Assembly (NCBI GenBank): GCA_031256725.1
Contig: JAIRQE010000004.1
Coordinates: 60,001-92,000 of the forward strand
From: Propionibacteriaceae bacterium
GTDB lineage: Bacteria > Actinomycetota > Actinomycetes > Propionibacteriales > Propionibacteriaceae
Direction: 5' to 3'
Length of the DNA stretch: 32,000 nt
In this document: positions 10,082 through 17,660 of the stretch, one piece after another
Numbering within the stretch: position 1 is the stretch's first letter
Layout: each line of letters starts with the position of its first letter
The notes under the pieces: model-generated
What the model saw: only the letters and a program-made list of their open reading frames with translations
What the model was told of the DNA's origin: nothing
Database searches by the model: none
Program-made: the position numbers and the translations under genes

Positions 10082-10396
10082 GTGAGTAAAGTCGATCCCG
10101 ATCTAGGAAACAGGGTACGCCACCTAGCGCGTACCATTGCTCGGTCTCGCCCTGGAAAGGCCATTGAGCTTCGGATTCCTCCCTATGCAGCAGTACAACT
10201 GGGCACCGAAGGTACAACAACAACTCACCGTAGGGGTACTCCCCCATCTGTCGTGGAGATGGATCCCGACACCTTCCTAGCCCTCGTGGATGGACGATTG
10301 AGTTGGAATGATGCTCTGAGTAGTCATCGCATCCAAGCCTCAGGTGCCCACTGTGACCTCTCGGATCTTTTTCACCTAAGCCTTGCCGACTCCTAA
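10082..10396 (+). CDS. Sterol-carrier (SCP2-like) family protein, small and actinobacterial
   Basis: 104 aa with a GTG start. ...IELRIPPYAAVQLGTEG...HRRGTPPSVVEMDPDTFLALVDGRLSWNDALSSHRIQASGAHCDLSDLF matches the pattern I recall for this family (V.PPF.AVQ..., RGTPPNVVE.D, GRL.W..A...G.V.ASG.RADLS). Confidence 0.7.
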   Translation: MSKVDPDLGNRVRHLARTIARSRPGKAIELRIPPYAAVQLGTEGTTTTHRRGTPPSVVEMDPDTFLALVDGRLSWNDALSSHRIQASGAHCDLSDLFHLSLADS

Positions 10397-10453
10397 TTGA
10401 GTACGACCCGACTAACAACATCGTCGATTCGACAGCCAGTGCCTACAGTACAT

Positions 10454-10507
10454 CGAAAACCTATGCCCTACTTCGGATAATCAGGCTGAGGATTAAGTGG
10501 AGCCTAG
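10454..10507 (-). terminator. Hairpin plus U-tract at the distal end of R-A (candidate terminator downstream of the DUF559 gene)
   Basis: Minus-strand RNA: CUAGGCUCCACUU-[21 nt loop containing GCCUGAUUAU]-AAGUAGGGCAUAG, then GUUUUCG. That is 13 positions with 2 mismatches and 1 G.U pair. Confidence 0.4.
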
Positions 10508-10588
10508 AAAATCCGGGGAGTTTCATAGAAATCGACACGAAAATCTAGGCCGCCCTTGGCACATCGCCAGAGAATGGGAACTAGTGGA
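10454..10588 (-). repeat. R-A: copy 1 of a ~140-bp element with terminal inverted repeats
   Basis: Colinear with 11678-11820 at roughly 70% identity by eye. Exact shared blocks are CGAAAACC, ATGCCC, ATAATCAGGC, AGTTTC, CGAAAATCTA, CCGCCC, GGAACT and GGTTTTC. The two ends are inverted repeats of each other: cGAAAACCTATgCC ... GGATAGGTTTTCc. Confidence 0.75.
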
Positions 10589-10620
10589 TAGGTTTTCCTT
10601 GGGGTCATCATGAAGATGGG

Positions 10621-11544
10621 TTACCAGGAAGTACGTACATGGTGACGACGTTCGTAAAGAGTCGCTTTGACTGAGCGTACCAACTGGAGAGGATTCACCA
10701 AGTCAACTGCGGTGGCTGTAATGATAACCCATCCTTCATCCAAGAGGATGCGGCGACGGGAGGCATCCATTTCCATTTGTCGTCTATCGCCGACATGCAC
10801 CAAACCATCGTACTCAACCCCGAGTTTCTCCTTCTCATAACCCATATCCACGTGAAGATTTCGGGAAAGACTCGAAGAATATACACGACAATTGACCTTG
10901 GGCTCTGGTAATCCTCCACGGATCAATGTGAGACGAGTTCGGGTTTCATTAATGGAGTCAGTTTCCGGTTGTACCCATTTCATCACTCGTCGAGCTTGCT
11001 GAATCCCTGGTCGACCCTTCAAGGAAACGAGGTGTTGACGCATGTCATCTATTGTAAGGATCGGGTTACGGCGACGAAGAAACCCTTCAGCAATCTGAAT
11101 GAATTGATCATCTGTTGCTCCTTGAATCTGAAGTAAGTGCTCAATGGGGTGAAGGAACTTGAAACCATTGATTGAAAATCTTGCGTCAGGAGAATAAATA
11201 GTACGATGACCAGTTACCATCTGACGTTGAGGACGTACTCGACCTGGAGGTACTAAAACATGAAATCTATCCCACTGTTCCAAGTCGTGAGGCAAAGCAA
11301 CCCCCATCGTTTGAAGGGCTGTTGATCCATATAGAGTGAATCCTTGAGGAGCATAGACAGCCATAAGTGCTCGTACTCTTTGAAGGAATACGGCACGGCG
11401 AAGATCCCATTCATTGAGCCCATCCAAGTGCAGAGGACGCCCGTAGACGCCATGAATAATCCGGTCAAATCCAAGCCGGGTATGGTTGCTGTCTGTGACT
11501 TTTCCCTGCCGAGCCAGATGAATCTCTTCTGTGAATACTTCCAT
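10621..11544 (-). CDS. DUF559 / Vsr-like (PD-(D/E)xK fold) endonuclease-domain protein with an unassigned ~220-aa N-terminal region
   Basis: 307-aa ORF with a strong SD (GAGGAGGAAGG) 7 nt upstream of the ATG. The C-terminus LHVDMGYEKEKLGVEYDGLVHVGDRRQMEMDASRRRILLDEGWVIITATAVDL shows the D...E.DG..H...R...L...GW.V.R pattern of DUF559 proteins. Confidence 0.7.
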   Translation of the reverse strand: MEVFTEEIHLARQGKVTDSNHTRLGFDRIIHGVYGRPLHLDGLNEWDLRRAVFLQRVRALMAVYAPQGFTLYGSTALQTMGVALPHDLEQWDRFHVLVPPGRVRPQRQMVTGHRTIYSPDARFSINGFKFLHPIEHLLQIQGATDDQFIQIAEGFLRRRNPILTIDDMRQHLVSLKGRPGIQQARRVMKWVQPETDSINETRTRLTLIRGGLPEPKVNCRVYSSSLSRNLHVDMGYEKEKLGVEYDGLVHVGDRRQMEMDASRRRILLDEGWVIITATAVDLVNPLQLVRSVKATLYERRHHVRTSW

Positions 11545-11677
11545 AAGTCAACCCTTCCTCCTCAGACCACTGAAATGAAGAGTTATCCACAGAGTTTGTG
11601 TTGTCCGATTGTGGTCCTGGCACGAAAGTGTTAGACGCGTCTTTCCACACACAGCGAAGCATCCTGGACAACTGACA

Positions 11678-11730
11678 CGAAAACCATGCCCCAGTTTGCA
11701 TAATCAGGCCAGTACCAAAGTAGGGCATAG
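11678..11730 (-). terminator. Hairpin plus U-tract at the distal end of R-B (candidate glnA2 terminator or sRNA 3' end)
   Basis: Minus-strand RNA: CUAUGCCCUACUUUG-[17 nt loop with GCCUGAUUAU]-CAAACUGGGGCAUGG, then UUUUCG. The two G.U pairs would be C.A mismatches on the plus-strand transcript, so the fold is strand-specific. Confidence 0.5.
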
Positions 11731-11820
11731 AGAATCAGCAGTTTCCATACAGATCAACCCGAAAATCTATACCGCCCCTGGTATCTCACCAAGAATTCGG
11801 AACTGTTGGATGGGTTTTCG
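11678..11820 (-). repeat. R-B: copy 2 of the ~140-bp element with terminal inverted repeats
   Basis: In direct orientation with R-A. Ends are ACGAAAACC-ATGCC ... GGATGGGTTTTCGT. It begins 13 nt after the glnA2 stop codon. Confidence 0.75.
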
Positions 11821-11832
11821 TACGGAGTGGAT

Positions 11833-13164
11833 TCACAGTACGGTGAGAAACTTTTCCAACTCCCAGGGGGTTACTTGCCGGCGGTATTCCTCATATTCAG
11901 ATCTCTTGTTCTTAATGAAGTAATCGAAGACATGCTCGCCTAGGGTTTCGGCAACAAGTTCAGAGTGCTCCATGATGTTGACGGCTTCGTCGAGGCTTCT
12001 GGGCAGTGGTGTGATACCCATGGCTTGACGTTCGCGGTCGGAGAGACTCCAGACGTCATCTTCGGCTCCTGGAGGAAGCTCCATGCCATTGTCAATGCCA
12101 TCAAGCCCGGCGTTAAGCATGACAGCGAAACCCAGATAAGGATTCACGGCAGTGTCGATAAGTCGATGTTCCACTCGGGCCGATGTTGCTTTTGTGGAGC
12201 TTGGTACACGTACCAAAGCTGAGCGATTGTTTCTTCCCCAGCAGATGTACGCAGGAGCCTCAGCGCCTGATGCCAAGCGCGAATAGGAGTTCACCCACTG
12301 GTTTGTTACAGCGGTGATCTCGGCTGAATGTGCCAGGAGTCCGGCCACGAACTGCTTACCTACTGGTGAAAGGTTGTGCTCATCGGTCGCATCATAGAAG
12401 GCGTTGACATCCCCATCAAAGAGAGACAGATGGGTGTGCATCCCTGAGCCGGGGGCATCCTGGAGTGGCTTCGGCATGAAGGAGGCGTACATCCCCAAAG
12501 CCTCAGCAACCTCCTTGATGACGATGCGGAAGGTCATGATGTTGTCCGCCATGGAGAGCGCATCGGCGTACCTCAGGTCGATCTCATGTTGACCGGGGCC
12601 AGCCTCGTGGTGGGAGAACTCCACCGAGATCCCCATCTGTTCCAACATGAAGATCGCCTTGCGGCGGAAGTTGGATCCCTCTTGGGAACTCGCCTGATCA
12701 AAGTACCCACCGTTGTCAATCGGTGTGGGTGGCCCATCTGTACCCACTGGCTTGTTGAACAGGTAGAACTCAATCTCAGGATGGGTATAGAAAGTGAACC
12801 CCTTCTCGGATGCCTTCTTCATTGCCCTCTTGAGAACAAAGCGCGGATCAGCATAGGAAGGCGATCCATCTGGGAGATAGATGTCACAGAACATGCGGGC
12901 AGTCGGTTTCTCACCAGCACGCCACGGCAAAATCTGGAAGGTACTCGGATCAGGACGAGCGATCATATCTGATTCATAGACTCGCGCGAAACCCTCAATA
13001 GAGGAACCGTCAAAGCCGACTCCCTCTTCAAAGGCTCCCTCAAGTTCCGCAGGTGAAATCGCCACTGACTTCAGGAAACCCAAGACATCGGTAAACCACA
13101 GGCGGATGAAGCGGATATCCCTCTCCTCCATGGCCCGCAAAACATATTCAGTCTGCTTATCCAT
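11833..13164 (-). CDS. glnA2: Glutamine synthetase type I paralogue (GlnA2-type, GSI-alpha-like)
   Basis: 443 aa. N-terminus ...IRFIRLWFTDVLGFLKSVAI..., with GS catalytic-domain motifs (GSGMHTHLSLF, NRSALVRVP). The adenylylation position reads DDVWSLSD, with Trp where glnA has Tyr. Confidence 0.92.
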   Translation of the reverse strand: MDKQTEYVLRAMEERDIRFIRLWFTDVLGFLKSVAISPAELEGAFEEGVGFDGSSIEGFARVYESDMIARPDPSTFQILPWRAGEKPTARMFCDIYLPDGSPSYADPRFVLKRAMKKASEKGFTFYTHPEIEFYLFNKPVGTDGPPTPIDNGGYFDQASSQEGSNFRRKAIFMLEQMGISVEFSHHEAGPGQHEIDLRYADALSMADNIMTFRIVIKEVAEALGMYASFMPKPLQDAPGSGMHTHLSLFDGDVNAFYDATDEHNLSPVGKQFVAGLLAHSAEITAVTNQWVNSYSRLASGAEAPAYICWGRNNRSALVRVPSSTKATSARVEHRLIDTAVNPYLGFAVMLNAGLDGIDNGMELPPGAEDDVWSLSDRERQAMGITPLPRSLDEAVNIMEHSELVAETLGEHVFDYFIKNKRSEYEEYRRQVTPWELEKFLTVL

Positions 13165-13236
13165 CTACCTATTATGATCCGTGGGTGTTACGAGCACATG
13201 ACACGGACGATAGCCGATGGCGTACCATAGTTCTCT

Positions 13237-14085
13237 GTGAATCCGATTAAGCCTTATCCCCAATCACCTCTGCGCAGTGTTCCTGAGTCCATTGCTCGAC
13301 CTGAGTACGTAGGCAAGCGCGCTCCGAAACCCTATGCTGGCTCCGATATTCAAACACCTGAGATCGTTGAGAAGATGCGTGAGGCTGGCCGTATTGCCCA
13401 CCTGGCAATTCTGGAGGGTGCCTCGATTATTGCCCCTGGTGTCACCACGGATGAGATTGATGCGAGGATCCACAAATTCATTTGTGACAACGGTGGGTAC
13501 CCCTCAACTCTGGGATATCGAGGCTACCCGAAGTCCTGTTGTACCTCGATCAACGAGGTGATCTGCCATGGTATCCCCGATGCGAGACCTCTCGAAGATG
13601 GGGATCTTGTCAGCATCGACGTCACGGTTTTCAAAAACGGGGTACACGGGGACAACTGCATGACTTTCGGTTGTGGTACCCTCGACCAGGCTTCCACTGA
13701 CCTGATGAATCGAACTAAAGAAGCTATGGAACGCGGGATTAAGGCCATCAAACCAGGTCGCCAACTCAATGTGATTGGTCGAGTAATTGAAGCCTATGCG
13801 AACCGGTTTGGTTACGGCATCGTCCGGGATTACACCGGACATGGGGTGAATACCTCCTTCCATTCTGGACTAATCATCCTTCACTATGATCAACCTCTCG
13901 TAGATACGGTCATCAAAGAGGGCATGACCTTCACTGTAGAACCCATGTTGACCCTGGGTGATTATCGTTCCCACGTGTGGGGTGACGATTGGACTGTGGT
14001 CACCAATGACCTGTCTCGCTGCGCCCAATGGGAGCAAACCATCTATGTGACTTCCGAGGGTGCTGAGATTCTGACAGCACCCTAG
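13237..14085 (+). CDS. map: Methionine aminopeptidase type I (type Ic, N-terminal extension)
   Basis: 282 aa with a GTG start. Motifs include SINEVICHGIPD, DGDLVSIDVTV, GHGVN and FTVEPM. The ~40-aa N-terminal extension resembles actinobacterial MapB. Confidence 0.92.
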   Translation: MNPIKPYPQSPLRSVPESIARPEYVGKRAPKPYAGSDIQTPEIVEKMREAGRIAHLAILEGASIIAPGVTTDEIDARIHKFICDNGGYPSTLGYRGYPKSCCTSINEVICHGIPDARPLEDGDLVSIDVTVFKNGVHGDNCMTFGCGTLDQASTDLMNRTKEAMERGIKAIKPGRQLNVIGRVIEAYANRFGYGIVRDYTGHGVNTSFHSGLIILHYDQPLVDTVIKEGMTFTVEPMLTLGDYRSHVWGDDWTVVTNDLSRCAQWEQTIYVTSEGAEILTAP

Positions 14086-14099
14086 TATGACGCTACACT
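14071..14099 (+). promoter_or_regulatory. Candidate rnpB promoter embedded in the 3' end of map
   Basis: CTGACA (5/6 match to TTGACA), a 17-nt spacer, then TACACT (TAnnnT). The -10 ends 6 nt before 14106, which is the first base of the predicted P1 helix. Confidence 0.45.
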
Positions 14100-14105
14100 T
14101 GTCCT

Positions 14106-14537
14106 GGATGAGTCGGCCGGGCGGCCGCGGTGAAAACTGAGGAAAGTCCGGACTCCACAGAGCACGGTGGTGGGTAACACCCACCTGGGGCAACCCACGG
14201 GCTAGTGCCACAGAAAACAGACCGCCCTGTGTTGTAACGCAGGGTAAGGGTGAAAAGGCGGTGTAAGAGACCACCAGCATCTCGCGTGAGCGGGATGGCT
14301 TGGTAAACCCCACCGGGAGCAAGACCAAGAAGACTTTCGGGTCGCGTCGGCGTTTGAAGGCTGCTCGCTTGAGTCGACGGGTAGGTCGCAGGTACGAAGG
14401 GCTGGGCGAAGAACGGGTACCCACGGGTGTCGCTGCCTCGCTCGTGTCACGACCAAGGTCTATGGCAACATAGGCCGCAGATGGATGGTCGCCACCCATT
14501 CATGGGTACAGAATCCGGCTTATAGGTCGACTCATCC
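14106..14537 (+). ncRNA. rnpB: RNase P RNA, bacterial type A
   Basis: Universal core GAGGAAAGTCCGGACTCCACAGAGCA...GTGCCACAGAAAACAGACCGCC, and 3' ACAGAATCCGGCTTATAGGTCGACTCATCC. The P1 helix pairs GGATGAGTCG (14106-14115) with CGACTCATCC (14528-14537). Confidence 0.95.
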
Positions 14538-14777
14538 GCTTTTCTCCCCTACTTTTGGTGGGTAGACAATGTTCTTTGTTTAACAATTTCCATTGTTTTT
14601 ACAGTGGCAACCAGTACTAAATCACATGCAAAAACAGTGATGTAACCACCACAGTCAACTGACCACCGTTTAAGCGATGACCAGCATTAAAGAAGAGGAC
14701 AATCGCAACACCAACAAGTGAACGATGGTGTAGGTGGGTTGGGTACATCTGTTCAGGACCGTATCCCCGAACGGAGG

Positions 14778-14804
14778 AGTTGTTTCCCCTCAAGGGAAAC
14801 AACT
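14778..14804 (-). terminator. Perfect hairpin ~75 nt downstream of yebC (possible terminator, no U-tract)
   Basis: AGTTGTTTCCC-ctcaa-GGGAAACAACT, an 11-bp perfect stem with a 5-nt loop. No T-run follows on either strand, so the terminator assignment is tentative. Confidence 0.35.
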
Positions 14805-14877
14805 GCGCAAATGTGTCCGGAATAGATGTACAACCCCCCTGACACACCAGCCACAAGTTGTGCTGAATCAAATTCGC

Positions 14878-15648
14878 CTAGTCGTCTTCTAGCTCTGCTT
14901 CGATCTCATCAGAAATATCCTCATTAGAGTACACATCCTGAACATCATCACAATCATCCAAAGCATCAAGAAGCTTGAACAGCTTCCGGGCCACCTCAGC
15001 ATCAGGAATGGGCGAAGTAAAGGAAGGCTGGAAAGCAATGTCAGCCGAGTCGTAATCAATACCAGCTGCTTGGACAGAGGTACGTACCTCAACCAATTGG
15101 GCAGGATCACAAATGATTTCGAAGGTGTCCCCTTCATCGTTGATCTCTTCGGGATCGGAATCCATGGTGGCTTCCATGAGTTCAAGATCACTGATCTGCT
15201 TGCCATCTTGATTCTTGGCAACGGTCACGATCCCCTTGCGGGAGAAGAGTCGAGCCACAGATCCCACGTCCGCCATGGTTCCACCGTTGCGTGTCACAGC
15301 CACACGTACATCTGTGGCCGAGCGATTGCGGTTATCGGTGAGGCACTCAATCAGGATGGCAACACCAGCAGGTCCATAGGCTTCATAGGTGATGTTGATC
15401 CAGTCGGCACCACCGGATTCTGCACCAGATCCACGTTTGACGGCGCGATCAATATTGTCGGCTGGTACCGAGGACTTCTTTGCCTTCTGGATGGCGTCGT
15501 AGAGTGTCGGATTCCCAGAGGGGTCTCCCCCACCGATCTTCGCTGCAACTTCGATGTTCTTGATCAACTTGGCGAAGAGTTTGCCGCGTTTCGCATCGAT
15601 TGCTGCCTTCTTATGCTTGGTCGTCGCCCACTTGGAATGACCGCTCAT
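14878..15648 (-). CDS. yebC: YebC/PmpR family DNA-binding regulator / translation factor
   Basis: 256 aa starting [37 protein letters not shown]...[18 protein letters not shown], the hallmark of the family. Confidence 0.93.
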   Translation of the reverse strand: MSGHSKWATTKHKKAAIDAKRGKLFAKLIKNIEVAAKIGGGDPSGNPTLYDAIQKAKKSSVPADNIDRAVKRGSGAESGGADWINITYEAYGPAGVAILIECLTDNRNRSATDVRVAVTRNGGTMADVGSVARLFSRKGIVTVAKNQDGKQISDLELMEATMDSDPEEINDEGDTFEIICDPAQLVEVRTSVQAAGIDYDSADIAFQPSFTSPIPDAEVARKLFKLLDALDDCDDVQDVYSNEDISDEIEAELEDD

Positions 15649-15694
15649 GTTACGTCCTTTTCGTTAGAGTCGCACCTATTTTACATAATAGGGC

Positions 15695-16438
15695 TCAGTT
15701 CCCATCGGTTGTGCTCACTTGAGTCGCTTCAAGAGCTTCAGCAAAGGTGAATTTCCCTAGATAGAGAGCTGTACCCACGATAACCCCTTCAACCCTGGGA
15801 GCGAGTTTTGCGAGTGCGCGAATATCGTCGATACTGGCCACACCACCCGAGGCTACGAGGGCAGCATCCGTACGCTGACTGACCTGTTCCAAAAGGGAGA
15901 TATTGGCTCCGGTAAGTGTTCCATCGGATTCGGTATCTGTCACCACCAAACGTCGACATTCTGCGCGGTTGAGTCTTTTAATGATGGTCCATAGATCACC
16001 ATCAGTTGAGGTCCATCCTCGGGTTGCGAGTCTGTCACCGCGAACATCCAAAGCAATGGCGATTCTGTCGGTATAGGTGGCAAGCACCTCATCACACCAT
16101 CCTGGGTTCTCGACTGCGGCAGTACCAATGTTGATCCGCTCACAGCCTGTACCAAGAGCTCTTTCGAGGGATTCATCATCGCGAATACCACCAGTGAGTT
16201 CGACTTTAAGCCCAGAATGGGAGACGATCTGTGAGATGGCGTCCGCGTTGGAGCCGCGCCCAAAGGCTGCATCCAGATCAACAAGATGAAGCCACTGGGC
16301 CCCCTCCTGTTTCCATCTTTCTGCCATCTCAACAGGGTCACCGAAAACTTTCTGGGTCTCGGAGATCCCCTTCTCTAGTTGAACAGCACGTCCGTACTGA
16401 ATGTCGACAGCGGGGAATATCGTGAATTGCGAGCTCAT
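15695..16438 (-). CDS. hisA: ProFAR isomerase HisA (actinobacterial PriA-type)
   Basis: 247 aa with FPAVDIQYGRAVQL, HLVDLDAAFG and LTGGIRD. The PriA-like segment LATRGWTSTDGDLW has R140/W142 at 16013-16021. There is a 4-nt overlap with hisH. Confidence 0.9.
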   Translation of the reverse strand: MSSQFTIFPAVDIQYGRAVQLEKGISETQKVFGDPVEMAERWKQEGAQWLHLVDLDAAFGRGSNADAISQIVSHSGLKVELTGGIRDDESLERALGTGCERINIGTAAVENPGWCDEVLATYTDRIAIALDVRGDRLATRGWTSTDGDLWTIIKRLNRAECRRLVVTDTESDGTLTGANISLLEQVSQRTDAALVASGGVASIDDIRALAKLAPRVEGVIVGTALYLGKFTFAEALEATQVSTTDGN

Positions 16439-17055
16439 CCAACCTCCAAAGAATCAATCCACCGCTTCAACAAGGCGGCTCCTGCTGACCCTGATTTCTC
16501 AGGATGAAATTGGGTCGAGAGTACGGGACCGTACTCAACTGCTGCCATGACCTGGATTCCCTCATGTTCTGTCCACAGTGATACTGCATCCTGGGGTAGG
16601 TCCTCAGGGGTTAAAGCACCATAAGAATGGACAAAGTAGAACCTTTGAGTACCTTCAAAGAAACGAGAACGTGGCACGCTCGCCACCTCATTCCATCCCA
16701 TGTGTGGCAGTTTTGTGGTTGGCAGTTGCTGGATGGTACCAGTGAAGATCCCCACACCCTTGCATGGGATGCCGTGTTCTATTCCTGCTGAAAAGAGGAT
16801 CTGGTGGCCTACGCAGATTCCGAGGATTGCAAGGTTCGCTTGTACTCTTTCGCGGATGATGCGATCACCGCCCACAGACGTGAGCTGCTCCATGCAGGCA
16901 GCGAAAGCTCCCACACCTGGTACGACGAGACCATCGGCAGCAAGGGCCTGGTCAGCATCAGCAGTAAGAATAACCTCTACGCCGAGACCTTGTATGGCGC
17001 GCACGACGGAATGGATATTCCCCGACCCATAGTCGAAGACAACAACTGTGGTCAC
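16435..17055 (-). CDS. hisH: Imidazole glycerol phosphate synthase, glutamine amidotransferase subunit
   Basis: 206 aa with [12 protein letters not shown], the nucleophile context GICVGHQ and FHPEKS. There is a 4-nt overlap with hisB. Confidence 0.92.
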   Translation of the reverse strand: MTTVVVFDYGSGNIHSVVRAIQGLGVEVILTADADQALAADGLVVPGVGAFAACMEQLTSVGGDRIIRERVQANLAILGICVGHQILFSAGIEHGIPCKGVGIFTGTIQQLPTTKLPHMGWNEVASVPRSRFFEGTQRFYFVHSYGALTPEDLPQDAVSLWTEHEGIQVMAAVEYGPVLSTQFHPEKSGSAGAALLKRWIDSLEVG

Positions 17056-17660
17056 AGGGCACCCTTGGTGGAGGGGATCCCGCTCACCCGAGGATCAGGC
17101 TCAACAGCACTACGAAGCGCACGAGCAAGGGCTTTGTACTGAGCCTCCACGATGTGGTGGGGGTCGCGACCTGCAAGAACTCTCAGGTGAACACAGATTC
17201 CCGCATTCGAGGACAGGGATTCAACAACATGGCGGGTCATGGAACCAACATAAGGTACGCCTGTACCCGCGATGTTGACATAGGCCTGGGCATCGGGTTC
17301 GCCTGTACATTGTGCGTAGGCTCTTCCAGAGATGTCCACGACGCAGGAAGCCAGGGCCTCGTCCAGAGGTACGGTCGCCTCACCGAATCGACGGATTCCT
17401 GCCTTATCACCCAAAGCAGACTTCAATGCCTGTCCCAAGGCAATGGCTGTATCCTCAACGACGTGGTGCCCATCAATATAGATATCTCCTTCGGCTTGGA
17501 TATCCATGTCGATCAGGGAATGACGGCTGAATGCAGTCAGCATGTGGTCATAGAAACCCACCGAGGTCGAAATTGAGGATTCCCCTCGCCCATCAAGGTC
17601 GATAGAGATTTTGATGGAGGACTCTGAGGTTCTCCTCTCCACAGTCGCAGTACGACTCAT
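17052..17660 (-). CDS. hisB: Imidazoleglycerol-phosphate dehydratase
   Basis: 202 aa with [34 protein letters not shown] and RDPHHIVEA. It is monofunctional in length. Confidence 0.92.
   Translation of the reverse strand: MSRTATVERRTSESSIKISIDLDGRGESSISTSVGFYDHMLTAFSRHSLIDMDIQAEGDIYIDGHHVVEDTAIALGQALKSALGDKAGIRRFGEATVPLDEALASCVVDISGRAYAQCTGEPDAQAYVNIAGTGVPYVGSMTRHVVESLSSNAGICVHLRVLAGRDPHHIVEAQYKALARALRSAVEPDPRVSGIPSTKGAL

Noticed and set aside
9978-10421. 147-aa minus-strand ORF
   Set aside because: It is antisense to the sterol-carrier-family gene, which has a clear family match, and overlaps the glnE start. The translation has no motif.
11465-11923. ORFs 11465-11728 (-) and 11609-11923 (+)
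   Set aside because: They span the DUF559 5' region, R-B and the glnA2 3' end. They are better explained as non-coding repeat and UTR sequence.
13176-13202. Periodic GTCAT-n6-GTAAC-n6-GGATC (minus strand) upstream of glnA2 as a GlnR site
   Set aside because: Each half-site has one or more mismatches, and the array ends only 12 nt from the ATG. It is too weak to call without a PWM scan or conservation data.
13870-14499. 209-aa and 84-aa minus-strand ORFs
   Set aside because: They lie on top of the RNase P RNA gene, and the Arg/Pro/Ser-rich translations are typical of non-coding GC-rich structure.
14617-14871. 84-codon ORF in the rnpB-yebC spacer as a real CDS
   Set aside because: It has no SD at either candidate start, it crosses a perfect hairpin and it resembles nothing I recognise. 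It is kept only as a possibility within the spacer finding.
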